Shown in pieces: positions 48,541-57,844 of a DNA stretch of 64,000 bases. The position numbers were made by a program, and so were the translations under genes. Under the pieces are notes generated by a model. The model saw only the letters and a list, made by a program, of their open reading frames with translations. It had not been told where the DNA came from and did not search any database. Every line of letters begins with the position of its first letter. Within the stretch, counting starts at the first letter, position 1. Source of the DNA: a virus. Taxonomy: Duplodnaviria; Caudoviricetes. Location of the stretch: positions 60,338-124,337 of IMG/VR virus record IMGVR_UViG_3300009095_000010. One strand, written 5' to 3'.

Positions 48541-50613
48541 TTAACTTGCCTTTGCAAACTTCAATAGAGAATTTATGTAGTATATAATTTCGGCAACTTT
48601 ATTTTCATTTAGCTTAATCTTTCTAGCTTGCTCGAAGTACTGAGGAACTTCCTCAATATTCTTTTTTAATTCAACTAAAACAGTTTTATCTGCTGTTGGA
48701 TCTTCTGAAAGTTTATCTAAAAGATCTTTGTATCTGTATGTTCTATTTCTAATTAAATTAGCCTCTACTGATTTTATCTTTTCAATATCATCTGGATATT
48801 TCCAGATTTGATTAATTCTGTCATAAAAATCTAGAGTTCGTTGAGCGTTTTGTTTTTGAATTTCTCTGAGCTTAGATACAACTCTCACTGGGTTACGAGC
48901 AAGATCTTCCCAGGCTTTCAGTTCTCTTTGAGTAAGTCTGTAGTCTTTCTTCCTAATAAATTGTCTATCTTTATAATCCTTTTCTTCTTCTGGGTTCTGC
49001 TTTCTTTTTTCATGGAATTGTTTCTTAGATTCCAAGAGGGCGTCACCCGCTCTTTCATGATATTTTTTATCATGTTCCTTTTGTTTTCTACGATCTACAA
49101 CTCTTTTCTTGGAAGGTGCATCTGTATCTTTTTCTTTTCGTCTTTTATCTTCAATACCAAGACCAGCAGAAGCTAGCTCAGCGCCAGAAAGGTTTGGGTT
49201 CTCTACAAAACCTTCCGAGCCAAAGTCTTTCCTCACAGTGCTGATGATGTTATTTTGTACCCACCAAATCATTTCAAGAACAGAATCTCCTTCATACTCT
49301 TGAAGCACAGACTTCAATTCATTTGGATTGTGGATCAATACATCATTAGATAAAGATATAAGTTTATTAGAAAGATTATCAATTCTATCTAATACACTTT
49401 CGCTAACATCAAGACCTTCTTCTGTATTATCTATAAGGTATTTGATTTCTTTTGCTGTGTTTCCAAACTCAATAACCTGTCTAACAAGTTCTGAATTATT
49501 AACTTTAGATCCTTCAAGTTGTGATTCAACTATTTCTGGATTGGAAAGATCATTAATAACATCATCAATATCTTCGATATCAAACGAAGCCTTTCGTATT
49601 TGTTCTCTGATGCCTGCGGTATCCGGACCGGACGCAGCAGCTCGCCGAGACATCTCTGCGGCCTTTTCCCAGCCCTCTCCATCGAGAAGATGTTGTACGA
49701 ATGTTGACTTTGCTATGCTTTGTACTTCTGGGTTATCAGAAATTGAATCTACAAAGGATTCAATCTTAGACCATTCTTCTTGAGCCACATTCTCAGCCTT
49801 ATCTCTTTCAAGGCCTTGGTCCTTCATGATCTTGATTGTTTTCTGACGTACAAATATTGTACCAGGGTCAAGGAACTTGCTGGTCAAAACTTGTGGCTGC
49901 CTTTCTCTTTTATCAGTCTGAGAAAGGATATGCTTATTGACACGCTCTTCATATCCTATAGGAATCTTAGAAGAGAAGTAACTTGATAGAATATAAATTG
50001 CTTTCTTTATATCTTGATTATCTGTAGATAATGTATTGAGCTGACCAATAGCATTACCAAGAACATCAGCAAGTATTTTAGAACTTCTTTTGATTTCAAT
50101 TTGTTCTAGTGCATCTTGTACATAATCTATTACACGAAATATATCTTTATTATTCTTTGATAGAGATACAAGTAAATTATGAGCATCATCAATTGTGTTG
50201 ATGGGAGATCGCTTTAATATTGGATATTCTTTTTTTAGGAACGAGGGAACATCTTCTAGCGGTTGGAACTTAGAAGATTCAAGGAATGATGGAATATCTT
50301 TTTGCCATCCCTCTGGAATCCATTCTGGAATCTTATCTTCCAGGTCTTCCACGGGCATCGCTCGTGGAGCCTCTGGTTGAGCCACAGGTTGAGTTACGAA
50401 TGATGGCTGGCTCTTGGGTTGGGTAACGAATGAAGGAAGGCTAGCGGGCTGCTGTGGAGCGGCAACCTGAGGCTCTTCCCAAACCAATTGGTCCAACATC
50501 TCTTGTGGGATGCTGAACTCTTCTTCTTCATCAACCCCCTCTGGAGCTTCGCCCCATTGGTTTTGGAGTTGAGAAAGTAGATCTGCTACTCCTGCATTCT
50601 TTAAATTCATCAA
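48541..50613 (-). CDS. Large hypothetical protein, possibly internal virion protein
   Basis: 690 aa; repeats PSFVTQP and DIPSFL/DVPSFL. Confidence 0.75.
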   Translation of the reverse strand: MMNLKNAGVADLLSQLQNQWGEAPEGVDEEEEFSIPQEMLDQLVWEEPQVAAPQQPASLPSFVTQPKSQPSFVTQPVAQPEAPRAMPVEDLEDKIPEWIPEGWQKDIPSFLESSKFQPLEDVPSFLKKEYPILKRSPINTIDDAHNLLVSLSKNNKDIFRVIDYVQDALEQIEIKRSSKILADVLGNAIGQLNTLSTDNQDIKKAIYILSSYFSSKIPIGYEERVNKHILSQTDKRERQPQVLTSKFLDPGTIFVRQKTIKIMKDQGLERDKAENVAQEEWSKIESFVDSISDNPEVQSIAKSTFVQHLLDGEGWEKAAEMSRRAAASGPDTAGIREQIRKASFDIEDIDDVINDLSNPEIVESQLEGSKVNNSELVRQVIEFGNTAKEIKYLIDNTEEGLDVSESVLDRIDNLSNKLISLSNDVLIHNPNELKSVLQEYEGDSVLEMIWWVQNNIISTVRKDFGSEGFVENPNLSGAELASAGLGIEDKRRKEKDTDAPSKKRVVDRRKQKEHDKKYHERAGDALLESKKQFHEKRKQNPEEEKDYKDRQFIRKKDYRLTQRELKAWEDLARNPVRVVSKLREIQKQNAQRTLDFYDRINQIWKYPDDIEKIKSVEANLIRNRTYRYKDLLDKLSEDPTADKTVLVELKKNIEEVPQYFEQARKIKLNENKVAEIIYYINSLLKFAKAS

Positions 50614-50645
50614 TATAATTCAAAAATATTAGTAAAATGCTAAAT

Positions 50646-51375
50646 ATTGAGGCTTTACTTCAGAATATTGAAGTTTAGGTACGTTCAGTCTCAAGTGACC
50701 TCAAGTAATCCGCACCATAGCCTGGTGCCTCTTGGTCTTGGGTCAATTGACCCAAACCAAGCTTCCAAATATTAATTGCAGCATTGGTATCTCTATCAAG
50801 AACTAATCCACACTTCGGACATTCATGTATGCGTTCCCCAAGTCTTTTTGGGACAATAGTTCCGCAATCTGAACATATTTGTGAAGTTCCTTTAGGATCT
50901 ATTCCAATTGCATATTTGCCAGCTTCCTCCGCTTTGCATTCTAAACAATTGATAAATTTTCCCCAAGCAGCATCATGTATGCTTCGTGCTAAGTATCCAG
51001 GAATCATGTTCTGAATATTTAGTTTCTCATAAGAAATCATATCGTACTTTTGTACGATAGATTTCGCAAGTTTTCTAGTGAAATTAAGTCTTTGATTTCG
51101 GATTTTCAAGTAAGATTTAGCTACGAGTTTTTTGGCTCTTACTCTAGAACGAGAGCCTCGCTTCCTTCGAGCTAGTGCTCTCTGTCTCCTCGCCAATCGT
51201 TCTTGTTCTTTCTTTCCGAATTTAGGATTCTCTACAAAAGAGCCATCAGAAAGCGCACAAAATGATTTCAATCCCAAATCAATTCCTATAGATAACGACA
51301 ATGTAATAACCAAGTATCAAGAACTTGTTCTTGATCTCTTGTTGGTTTTAATGGATAACGATATGTACGAAGCAT
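50646..51375 (-). mobile_element. tnpB: IS200/IS605-family TnpB element with internal deletion
   Basis: MLRTYRYPLKPTRDQEQVLDTWLLHCRYL* (HTH_OrfB N-terminus, ATG 51375) joined out of frame to SIGIDLG...YEKLN...TSQICSDCG...CPKCG..DRDTNAA; hairpin and TCAA after the stop. Confidence 0.85.
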
Positions 51376-51393
51376 GAATATAATATTGCCCAA

Positions 51394-52092
51394 TTAATCG
51401 CTTACAAGAATAAGTTCCTTTAACGATCCATTGGCTACAATTTGACCAGTCAGAACCCCGGTCTTATAGCATTTAGTATCTAAGTTACATGAATGCTTAT
51501 AGAACTTTGGAAGACCATCGCTTTGGGAGTTGTGACCAGATATTATATATCCAAATCTCCCATCGTATTCATCATGCCAGAGTTTACCTTCTCGTTCAGG
51601 CTCTCCACCTTCATCTGTCCAGATGTAAGGAACTGACTTTCCCTGTTCATCAACCGTACGCACGTACATCACCTCTGTGTTAGTTGTGATGTCTTTCCAA
51701 GTATGGAGTGGAGTCACTCCCCCATGGAGAACGGTAATTCGATTTTGGTTTGAGAATACAAAGCTCAAGACGAGAGGTAGTCTCTCGCACCACTTTAGTT
51801 CTTCTGAAAGTTTTTGCTTGTTTGCTTTCAGATTTCTTATATTGCGCTGTTCATGATTTCCCCGAACCATGAAAGCCCAACCATCTTCATGCAGAGCACG
51901 AATTTTTTGTATGATTTTCTCTGCTACCTTAGGGCCTTTCCCTTTATCATAAACGTCACCTACAGAAACTAGAATACGCCGAGTTCCCACCTCAGCACGC
52001 TTAAGCATCTCTTTGAAGTGCCATTCATTTTCGTGAATGTCCCCAACAACAACTAATTCTTTATCTTTCGACAATCTTATTGTTGGTATCAT
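51394..52092 (-). CDS. Metallophosphoesterase (ApaH/PP1-like)
   Basis: GDIH, GDVYDKG, RGNHE, LHGG, SGH, LDT.C..G.LT. Confidence 0.9.
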   Translation of the reverse strand: MIPTIRLSKDKELVVVGDIHENEWHFKEMLKRAEVGTRRILVSVGDVYDKGKGPKVAEKIIQKIRALHEDGWAFMVRGNHEQRNIRNLKANKQKLSEELKWCERLPLVLSFVFSNQNRITVLHGGVTPLHTWKDITTNTEVMYVRTVDEQGKSVPYIWTDEGGEPEREGKLWHDEYDGRFGYIISGHNSQSDGLPKFYKHSCNLDTKCYKTGVLTGQIVANGSLKELILVSD

Positions 52093-52093
52093 T

Positions 52094-52689
52094 TCAACCT
52101 GTAAGAACTTGATGTTCTCCTTTGTTTAACATATAAAATGAATCTTTCCATTTATTGTACTTAAAGTTAATCCAGTCATTATACATACCCATTAGTATTG
52201 TACGTTTGACTGGATCGTTTGTTGCCTCTACGGCTGCACTGAAAAGTCTTTCCATCTGAGCAAGATTCGAATATATATTATCCATTGAATCTTGAAAGTT
52301 ATCAGCGAGTTTTATCTTTTTTTTAAATGATCAGCAAGCTTGAGAAGGTTGGTAATATTCTTCTTAGCAACAATATTATCTCCTTCCCACTTTCCTTCCA
52401 TCTCAAATCTAGAAAGCGCGTCCATAAACTCTGCCTTAATAGCGGTAATAGGAACTCCACTCTCGACTAGATCTCCAACAAAATCTCTAATGTGCATGTT
52501 GAGATCATCCTTTTCACCAAGGTTGAAATCACTCTCTACAGGCACAAATTTTTCAGGATCTGTATCTAGATCAATGCCAAAATCTCCTTCTTCTTCAAAA
52601 GGAACATTTAAGCTTTCAAATGGTTCTCCTGCTCTTTTCTTTAGAACATCTGCAAGATATGCTAATTTATCTAAACTTTTAACACTCAT
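52094..52689 (-). CDS. Hypothetical protein; two track ORFs joined by a -1 shift at an A8 run
   Basis: ...LLKLADHLKKR* versus the -1 frame KKKIKLADNFQDSMDNIY...; likely start MSVKSL. Confidence 0.55.
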
Positions 52690-52782
52690 TGAAACTCCAA
52701 ATAGGATTGACCTAAGCTCTCTACAGAGCAATCATAGAAGGATGTTTCAATATTCCCATTATAAGGAATTAAATTTTATAGG

Positions 52783-53343
52783 TTATCTCCCGTATCCTAA
52801 ACCCTCTGTAAACTCTTGAGCAAGAATTTCGTCCCTATTTGTCTTATCTTTAAGAGACCCTGGGTGAGAGTCATAAACGCCGTAATGCATACTTAGTGCA
52901 TGAAATAGTTCATGCACAAACGTTACATTGAATTGAGGGTCTTTATAGTCAGAGATAACCCAAGAATATTGTTCATCTTTTCCAGTGTAACCAATAACAT
53001 TACCAGGGATGAATCTGTATTTAAATCTATAGCTAGTATCATTGAGGCAACGATAGCACTTACCTTCTGGTAGAAAGGACATACTCCAGGCAAAGTTAGC
53101 CTCGCGTGGCTTGATGCCTTTGAAATTTATAAACCGAAAGAAGTTCTTCTTTGCGTGTAGGCATTGCGTTTCAAGTTCCGGGGGTGGTCCGCCACGGGCT
53201 TCTCGAATACTCAAGCCACAATCCAAGTGTATAGGATTATTTAATAGTTCGTTTGGTAATGGTTTCATATGGCCAACGATGAGTTCGTCAGCCGATGCCG
53301 TTGAGGCAATTAATATCGCAAGCAGAATAAGAATATACTTCAT
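52783..53343 (-). CDS. Secreted zincin-like metallopeptidase
   Basis: Signal peptide, HELFH motif, downstream E. Confidence 0.65.
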   Translation of the reverse strand: MKYILILLAILIASTASADELIVGHMKPLPNELLNNPIHLDCGLSIREARGGPPPELETQCLHAKKNFFRFINFKGIKPREANFAWSMSFLPEGKCYRCLNDTSYRFKYRFIPGNVIGYTGKDEQYSWVISDYKDPQFNVTFVHELFHALSMHYGVYDSHPGSLKDKTNRDEILAQEFTEGLGYGR

Positions 53344-53630
53344 TTGTTTGGCGGTTCAGGATCTAGAAGCTGTGCTCTCCGTCTGTCGATAGCTTCATTT
53401 AACGCACTTGCAGAGTTAATCTGCAATCCTTTTTTATCTTCGAGGTGGGCCAAGAGTGCGCACAAATCGAAGAGAACATCTCCCAAGGCTTGGTGGTAGT
53501 CCTGGGCCTCGTCAGCATCCGACAGATCATCTATACCCGTTCGAATGTTTTTGAAAATGTCTTTGCGCGAAAGCTTGGTGTACGATTTCGATACGCTTTC
53601 CGCTTCGTTCCAGATGGTTTCGAAGTGCAT
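53340..53630 (-). CDS. Degenerate MazG-like protein
   Basis: ALGDVLFDL..L.....IN...AL; lacks the EExE motif. Confidence 0.5.
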   Translation of the reverse strand: MHFETIWNEAESVSKSYTKLSRKDIFKNIRTGIDDLSDADEAQDYHQALGDVLFDLCALLAHLEDKKGLQINSASALNEAIDRRRAQLLDPEPPNK

Positions 53631-53650
53631 GTTTTTCCTAGTTTCTACCG

Positions 53651-53679
53651 ATGATATACCGAGATGAAGTTTTTGTCAA
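53651..53679 (-). promoter_or_regulatory. Sigma70-type promoter
   Basis: TTGACA-17 bp-TATCAT. Confidence 0.8.
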
Positions 53680-54353
53680 GAACTTTTTTCAGATGAAGTG
53701 TTGTAGATGTTCACAGCCTCAACAATTGATTCAACTGAAGCCATAGCGCCCATACCATGTACACCACATGCAAGATTTTTCTCTACAGGATTTACAATAT
53801 GAAGCCATGGTTGATGAACGTATGCGTTTCCAATTATATCATAATCAACATTCATCCATGACTTGACATCATAATCAACTTTACATATATCAATTCTTTG
53901 AACTTTTACGGATTTAAAATGCCGCCTTGACATTTCGTCAAGTTGATTCCGAGTAAGCGGGTGCTCCCACATATCCGTGTTCATCGCGGGCGCAAGCACA
54001 ACTGGCTTGCCCATAGGCCACGCTCGGTAGATAGAAGTGAGAAGATTATCACAGAATCCTCCATAGACCTTGGCTAGGGTGTTGGCAGAAAGTGGGGCGA
54101 TAACTAGGACATCAGCCCAGTCTTTCAAATCGATATGAAGGATTCGATCTCCTAATGCGTTCCACTTCCACTCATCCTCATCTCTAAGTAAAACACCAAG
54201 CCTTCCACCATTTTCTGGTATACTCCTTCGTGCAAAGAACTCACCCCTTTCAGAGAAGACTGTTCGGACTTGTCCAATCTCTTCAAGAGCTTTGATTAGT
54301 TCCCACGTCTTGATTGCGGCAACCGAGCCAGATACACAAAGAAGTATGTTCAT
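53676..54353 (-). CDS. coaC: Phosphopantothenoylcysteine decarboxylase (HFCD flavoprotein, HAL3/PPCDC-like)
   Basis: SGSVAAIK, DEDEW, LHIDL (His), APLSANTLAK, CDNLLT, PAMNT.MW, LACG (Cys); ATG 54353 overlaps the coaB stop (ATGA). Confidence 0.9.
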   Translation of the reverse strand: MNILLCVSGSVAAIKTWELIKALEEIGQVRTVFSERGEFFARRSIPENGGRLGVLLRDEDEWKWNALGDRILHIDLKDWADVLVIAPLSANTLAKVYGGFCDNLLTSIYRAWPMGKPVVLAPAMNTDMWEHPLTRNQLDEMSRRHFKSVKVQRIDICKVDYDVKSWMNVDYDIIGNAYVHQPWLHIVNPVEKNLACGVHGMGAMASVESIVEAVNIYNTSSEKSS

Positions 54354-55057
54354 TCCATATTCCTTAACAAACGAATGAGTTTTGAGCCAAGAGATGTTCG
54401 AGTGCAACTGTATACTCCTCGCTCATCAATGATATGCATTGTGGCTGGTGCTTGCCAATCATTGAAAAACTCTAGAAGGTTTGCTACAATGATATCAGCT
54501 TGTGAATGGATTCGAGAAGCTTTAGCAATCTCGATGAGTTCTGGTGTACTGATTCCAACTTCTAGCTTGAATTTCACGAGCTTGCCTTTGAAACCCCAGT
54601 CTCGTTTGATCTTGTCAACGATCTTTTCTGTTTGAACAAGCTTGATGTATAACTCAGGATGATTAGACTTGACCTTCTCTTTCATCACAGATTGCATACC
54701 CATTGCATAGTAATCATGAGGGCGGGGAGCTAATACATCTACAGCTTTATAATCAGAAACAGCAGCTGAATGAATGATTGCATCAAAATTACCAGTACTG
54801 ATTTGTTCCTTCATAAGATCGTGTAGCTGATCAAATGTTTGATACTTTAGAGTGTTTACATTCTTTCCAACAAGATCAGAACGATAACAAAACTCAGTAC
54901 CAGGCCCATGCGGATTTGTAAGAAGAGTTACTTCATGCCCTTCACGAGCTGCATTTTCTGCAATTCGCGCCCCAGTTTTACCTTTGAAAATATTTGAAAT
55001 CACACGTACTTTATCAATATGTGTTTGTGTAGAACCAGCCGTGATTAGAATCTTCAT
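54350..55057 (-). CDS. coaB: Phosphopantothenate-cysteine ligase
   Basis: LITAGST...ID.VR.ISN...G.TG, HSAAVSDY, KFKLE, IVANL. Confidence 0.88.
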   Translation of the reverse strand: MKILITAGSTQTHIDKVRVISNIFKGKTGARIAENAAREGHEVTLLTNPHGPGTEFCYRSDLVGKNVNTLKYQTFDQLHDLMKEQISTGNFDAIIHSAAVSDYKAVDVLAPRPHDYYAMGMQSVMKEKVKSNHPELYIKLVQTEKIVDKIKRDWGFKGKLVKFKLEVGISTPELIEIAKASRIHSQADIIVANLLEFFNDWQAPATMHIIDERGVYSCTRTSLGSKLIRLLRNME

Positions 55058-55060
55058 TAT

Positions 55061-55822
55061 TTACTCCACGAACTCGTTGTCGAATTCAACCATCTCTTCT
55101 TTCCATTCTTTGATATCAACACTACATGGTCGTTGATCAATGTATTTAACATTCCACTTGTTTCCATCTATAAAAACAAGAGAGCTTGATCTTGTTTCCC
55201 ATCTGTGAGTTTCGTCATGGACACAAACAGAATCTTCAGAACCTATACCATCATTATGTTTTGATAGAATCCATTGAATATCAAATGGATAAATAGGCTG
55301 TGACAGATCTTGACAGGCTGATAGACTCAAGCTTTTGTTGAGGTACTCAGATCTTTTTGTTTTTGTATTGAAGCCATCGCCAGTGCTCCAATGAAAACCA
55401 GCTCCAAGTCTTTTTATACGAATCTCTTTACTATCACATGACAAATGGAATAGTGATTTCTTGGTCCCTAGAATAACATTGAAAGGTCTGTAATGTTCAG
55501 CTTTGAGAGTTCCCCAGAAGTCGAGAGCTTCGTTTACATAGAGACATAAGAGTGTATCGTAAACAACGTTACCTCTAGATCTAAGCGCTGTTTTTCCCTT
55601 AGCCTCTGCGAGATCCCAATTTGTAACTGCGCAAAACATTCCTCGAACATTGACACCAATCCAAGTTCCGTTTTCAATATCACCTCTAATGTCAAGAGGT
55701 GAAAACACACCGTTCCTATAATCCCAAGGTTTGGATGGACGGACTGGGTTCTCATCACGATTAGCACCAATAATCAATGGGTGTTTTGTCTGAGGATAAA
55801 AGGCAATGGCTAATGTACACAT
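55061..55822 (-). CDS. NRDE/TANGO2 family protein (Ntn-hydrolase fold)
   Basis: N-terminal MC, ANRDE...RP, GTWIGVN, AVTN, SRG, PFN, VCVH....TRSS. Confidence 0.92.
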   Translation of the reverse strand: MCTLAIAFYPQTKHPLIIGANRDENPVRPSKPWDYRNGVFSPLDIRGDIENGTWIGVNVRGMFCAVTNWDLAEAKGKTALRSRGNVVYDTLLCLYVNEALDFWGTLKAEHYRPFNVILGTKKSLFHLSCDSKEIRIKRLGAGFHWSTGDGFNTKTKRSEYLNKSLSLSACQDLSQPIYPFDIQWILSKHNDGIGSEDSVCVHDETHRWETRSSSLVFIDGNKWNVKYIDQRPCSVDIKEWKEEMVEFDNEFVE

Positions 55823-55843
55823 AGGTATCTTGTATAAAATTAA

Positions 55844-55863
55844 GACACGGGGTTCCCTGTGTC
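55844..55863 (-). terminator. Short hairpin separating the RtcB unit from the NRDE-coaBC unit
   Basis: GACACGGG...CCCTGTGTC followed by TTAATTTT on the minus strand. Confidence 0.4.
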
Positions 55864-55865
55864 AG

Positions 55866-56141
55866 CTAATCGATCTTCTCGCCATCTAAGACACGGACGA
55901 TAGTGCGGACAGCGTAGGCCAATCGATCTTTGGTGGGCATTTCATCGACCTTACCGTCGCACTTGGTGCATTGCATCCAGCTCATGCCCGTCTTGAAGTT
56001 CATGTGCTGCCAGAGCACGCCCTTGCAGCCATCGATGGGGCAGGGAGGGCCCATGGGTTCGAACAGGGGAAACGGCACTCGCTTAGGGGCTTGGTCAGTC
56101 ATCTGTGTACTCGAAGAAGGCGTGAGCCTTTGTTCATTCAA
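55866..56141 (-). CDS. Small GC-rich zinc-ribbon protein
   Basis: CPIDGC...CTKC. Confidence 0.65.
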   Translation of the reverse strand: MNEQRLTPSSSTQMTDQAPKRVPFPLFEPMGPPCPIDGCKGVLWQHMNFKTGMSWMQCTKCDGKVDEMPTKDRLAYAVRTIVRVLDGEKID

Positions 56142-57413
56142 TTACCCTTTTACACACACAATCTGTTTCAGTGTATGTACAATTTCAACCAAGTCCTTTT
56201 GAGCTTCCATGACAGCTTCAATTGGTTTATAAGCTTTTGGTGTTTCATCCAAGACTGATGCATCCTTCTTGCATTCAACACCCTCAGTGGCTTCTCTGTG
56301 ATCTTTGAGAGTAAAAGATCGCTTCGCTTCTTCTCGGGACATCGCTCTTCCAGCTCCATGGGATGCTGAGCAAAAAGAATCCTCACAACCAAGACCCCGA
56401 ACAATGAAAGACTTTGCTCCCATACTCCCGGGAATTATAGACAAATCACCTTTTCTAGCTCTAACAGCACCTTTACGAGTCACCCAAATGTTCTTACCAA
56501 AATGGTTTTCTTTTTCTATATAATTGTGGTGACAAGATATAACCATATCTGTAGCTTCAAATTTAGGAACGCCCTTGGTTTTCTTAAGTGCTTTAAGTGT
56601 AGCTTTCATCATCTGTTCACGATTCTTTCGTGCAAATGATTGCGCCCAACCTACAGCTTCAATGTAGTCATTAAATAATTCAGAACCCTCTGGTAAATAT
56701 GAAAGGTTGATGTCTGGAAGAGATCCATTGATAAACCAACGCTCCATCTCTTTTTTAGCAGCTTCAATGAAGTATGTACCAATACGATTACCAACTCCAC
56801 GAGAACCAGAGTGGAGCATAATCCAAACGTTTTCAGATTCATCGATACAAACTTCAATGAAATGATTACCTCCACCAAGGGTTCCTAGATGTGAGAAGGG
56901 AGTTCTTCCATGTCTTGATTCGAGACTTGGTGTCTTGGTTACAATTTTCTTATAACCCTCTTCCAGTTCCGCCCAAGCAATGTTTATTTCACTTGGCGTA
57001 TCACCCCAGGCACCACGGTCATTTTTTTTACCACCATCTGTACGGCCATGAGGCACAGCCTTTTCGATAGCTGAACGAATTTGAGCTAGGTTATCTGGCA
57101 AATGAGATGCTTTGAGTGTGGTTTTGAGAGCATTAACGCCGCATCCAATATCAACTCCACAGGCTGCTGGAATAATAGCTTTTACTGTTGGTATTACGGA
57201 TCCTACAGTAGATCCGACTCCGTAATGAACATCTGGCATTACAGCAATGTGCTTGAAAATAAATGGCATCTGAGCTGTGTTGTAAAGCTGCTTACGAGCA
57301 CCTTCTTCAACAGGAACTCCAACAGTCCATTCTTTAATGATATTCTTTGCGCCTGTTGTTATGTTGATACTATCGTGTCGATAAGTATTCATATTTGAAT
57401 AATCGTTTGCCAT
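56142..57413 (-). CDS. rtcB: RtcB RNA ligase
   Basis: MPDVH, GVDIGCG, GGGNHFIE, HSGSRG, HNY, RKGA, PGSMG, SHGAGR, DE.P.AYK. Confidence 0.97.
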   Translation of the reverse strand: MANDYSNMNTYRHDSINITTGAKNIIKEWTVGVPVEEGARKQLYNTAQMPFIFKHIAVMPDVHYGVGSTVGSVIPTVKAIIPAACGVDIGCGVNALKTTLKASHLPDNLAQIRSAIEKAVPHGRTDGGKKNDRGAWGDTPSEINIAWAELEEGYKKIVTKTPSLESRHGRTPFSHLGTLGGGNHFIEVCIDESENVWIMLHSGSRGVGNRIGTYFIEAAKKEMERWFINGSLPDINLSYLPEGSELFNDYIEAVGWAQSFARKNREQMMKATLKALKKTKGVPKFEATDMVISCHHNYIEKENHFGKNIWVTRKGAVRARKGDLSIIPGSMGAKSFIVRGLGCEDSFCSASHGAGRAMSREEAKRSFTLKDHREATEGVECKKDASVLDETPKAYKPIEAVMEAQKDLVEIVHTLKQIVCVKG

Positions 57414-57421
57414 TTTATATC

Positions 57422-57844
57422 CTATTCGAAAAGACCATATCCAGGTGTTTCTAGGTGCCTTTTCTTTTTGTCGTACCCATAAAAATTAATCATGGGAATA
57501 TCATTTTCTGTTTCTTTAAGATCAAGTTCTGGATCAACATGATTCAACATAGATAACCATATTTTAAACACATCATTTGATGACAAGCATTCTAGATCAT
57601 AATCATCAAGGAAAGATTCGCCGAGAGTTTTTTTGATTTTGTCTATGATATCTTCATCAAGAGACATTTCATTGTAGTCTTTACACATATCTCCAGGATC
57701 AAAACCAAAAACTTCATCGCATTTGAAGTGAACTTCTCGTAAGTGTTCTACTGGTTTTGTACCTGATACAATAAACCAATCACAGTGTTGGTGGCCATCT
57801 CCAGACCAATCACCTATTGGGAATTTATATTTATACATATTCAC
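57422..57844 (-). CDS. Hypothetical phage protein
   Basis: IGDWSGDGH ... GYGLF. Confidence 0.7.
   Translation of the reverse strand: MNMYKYKFPIGDWSGDGHQHCDWFIVSGTKPVEHLREVHFKCDEVFGFDPGDMCKDYNEMSLDEDIIDKIKKTLGESFLDDYDLECLSSNDVFKIWLSMLNHVDPELDLKETENDIPMINFYGYDKKKRHLETPGYGLFE

Noticed and set aside
53676-54353. EpiD/LanD RiPP decarboxylase
   Set aside because: Coupled to CoaB, with no precursor peptide or lanthipeptide enzymes nearby
54354-54407. Track start of coaC at 54407
   Set aside because: ATG 54353 overlaps the coaB stop and matches the family N-terminus
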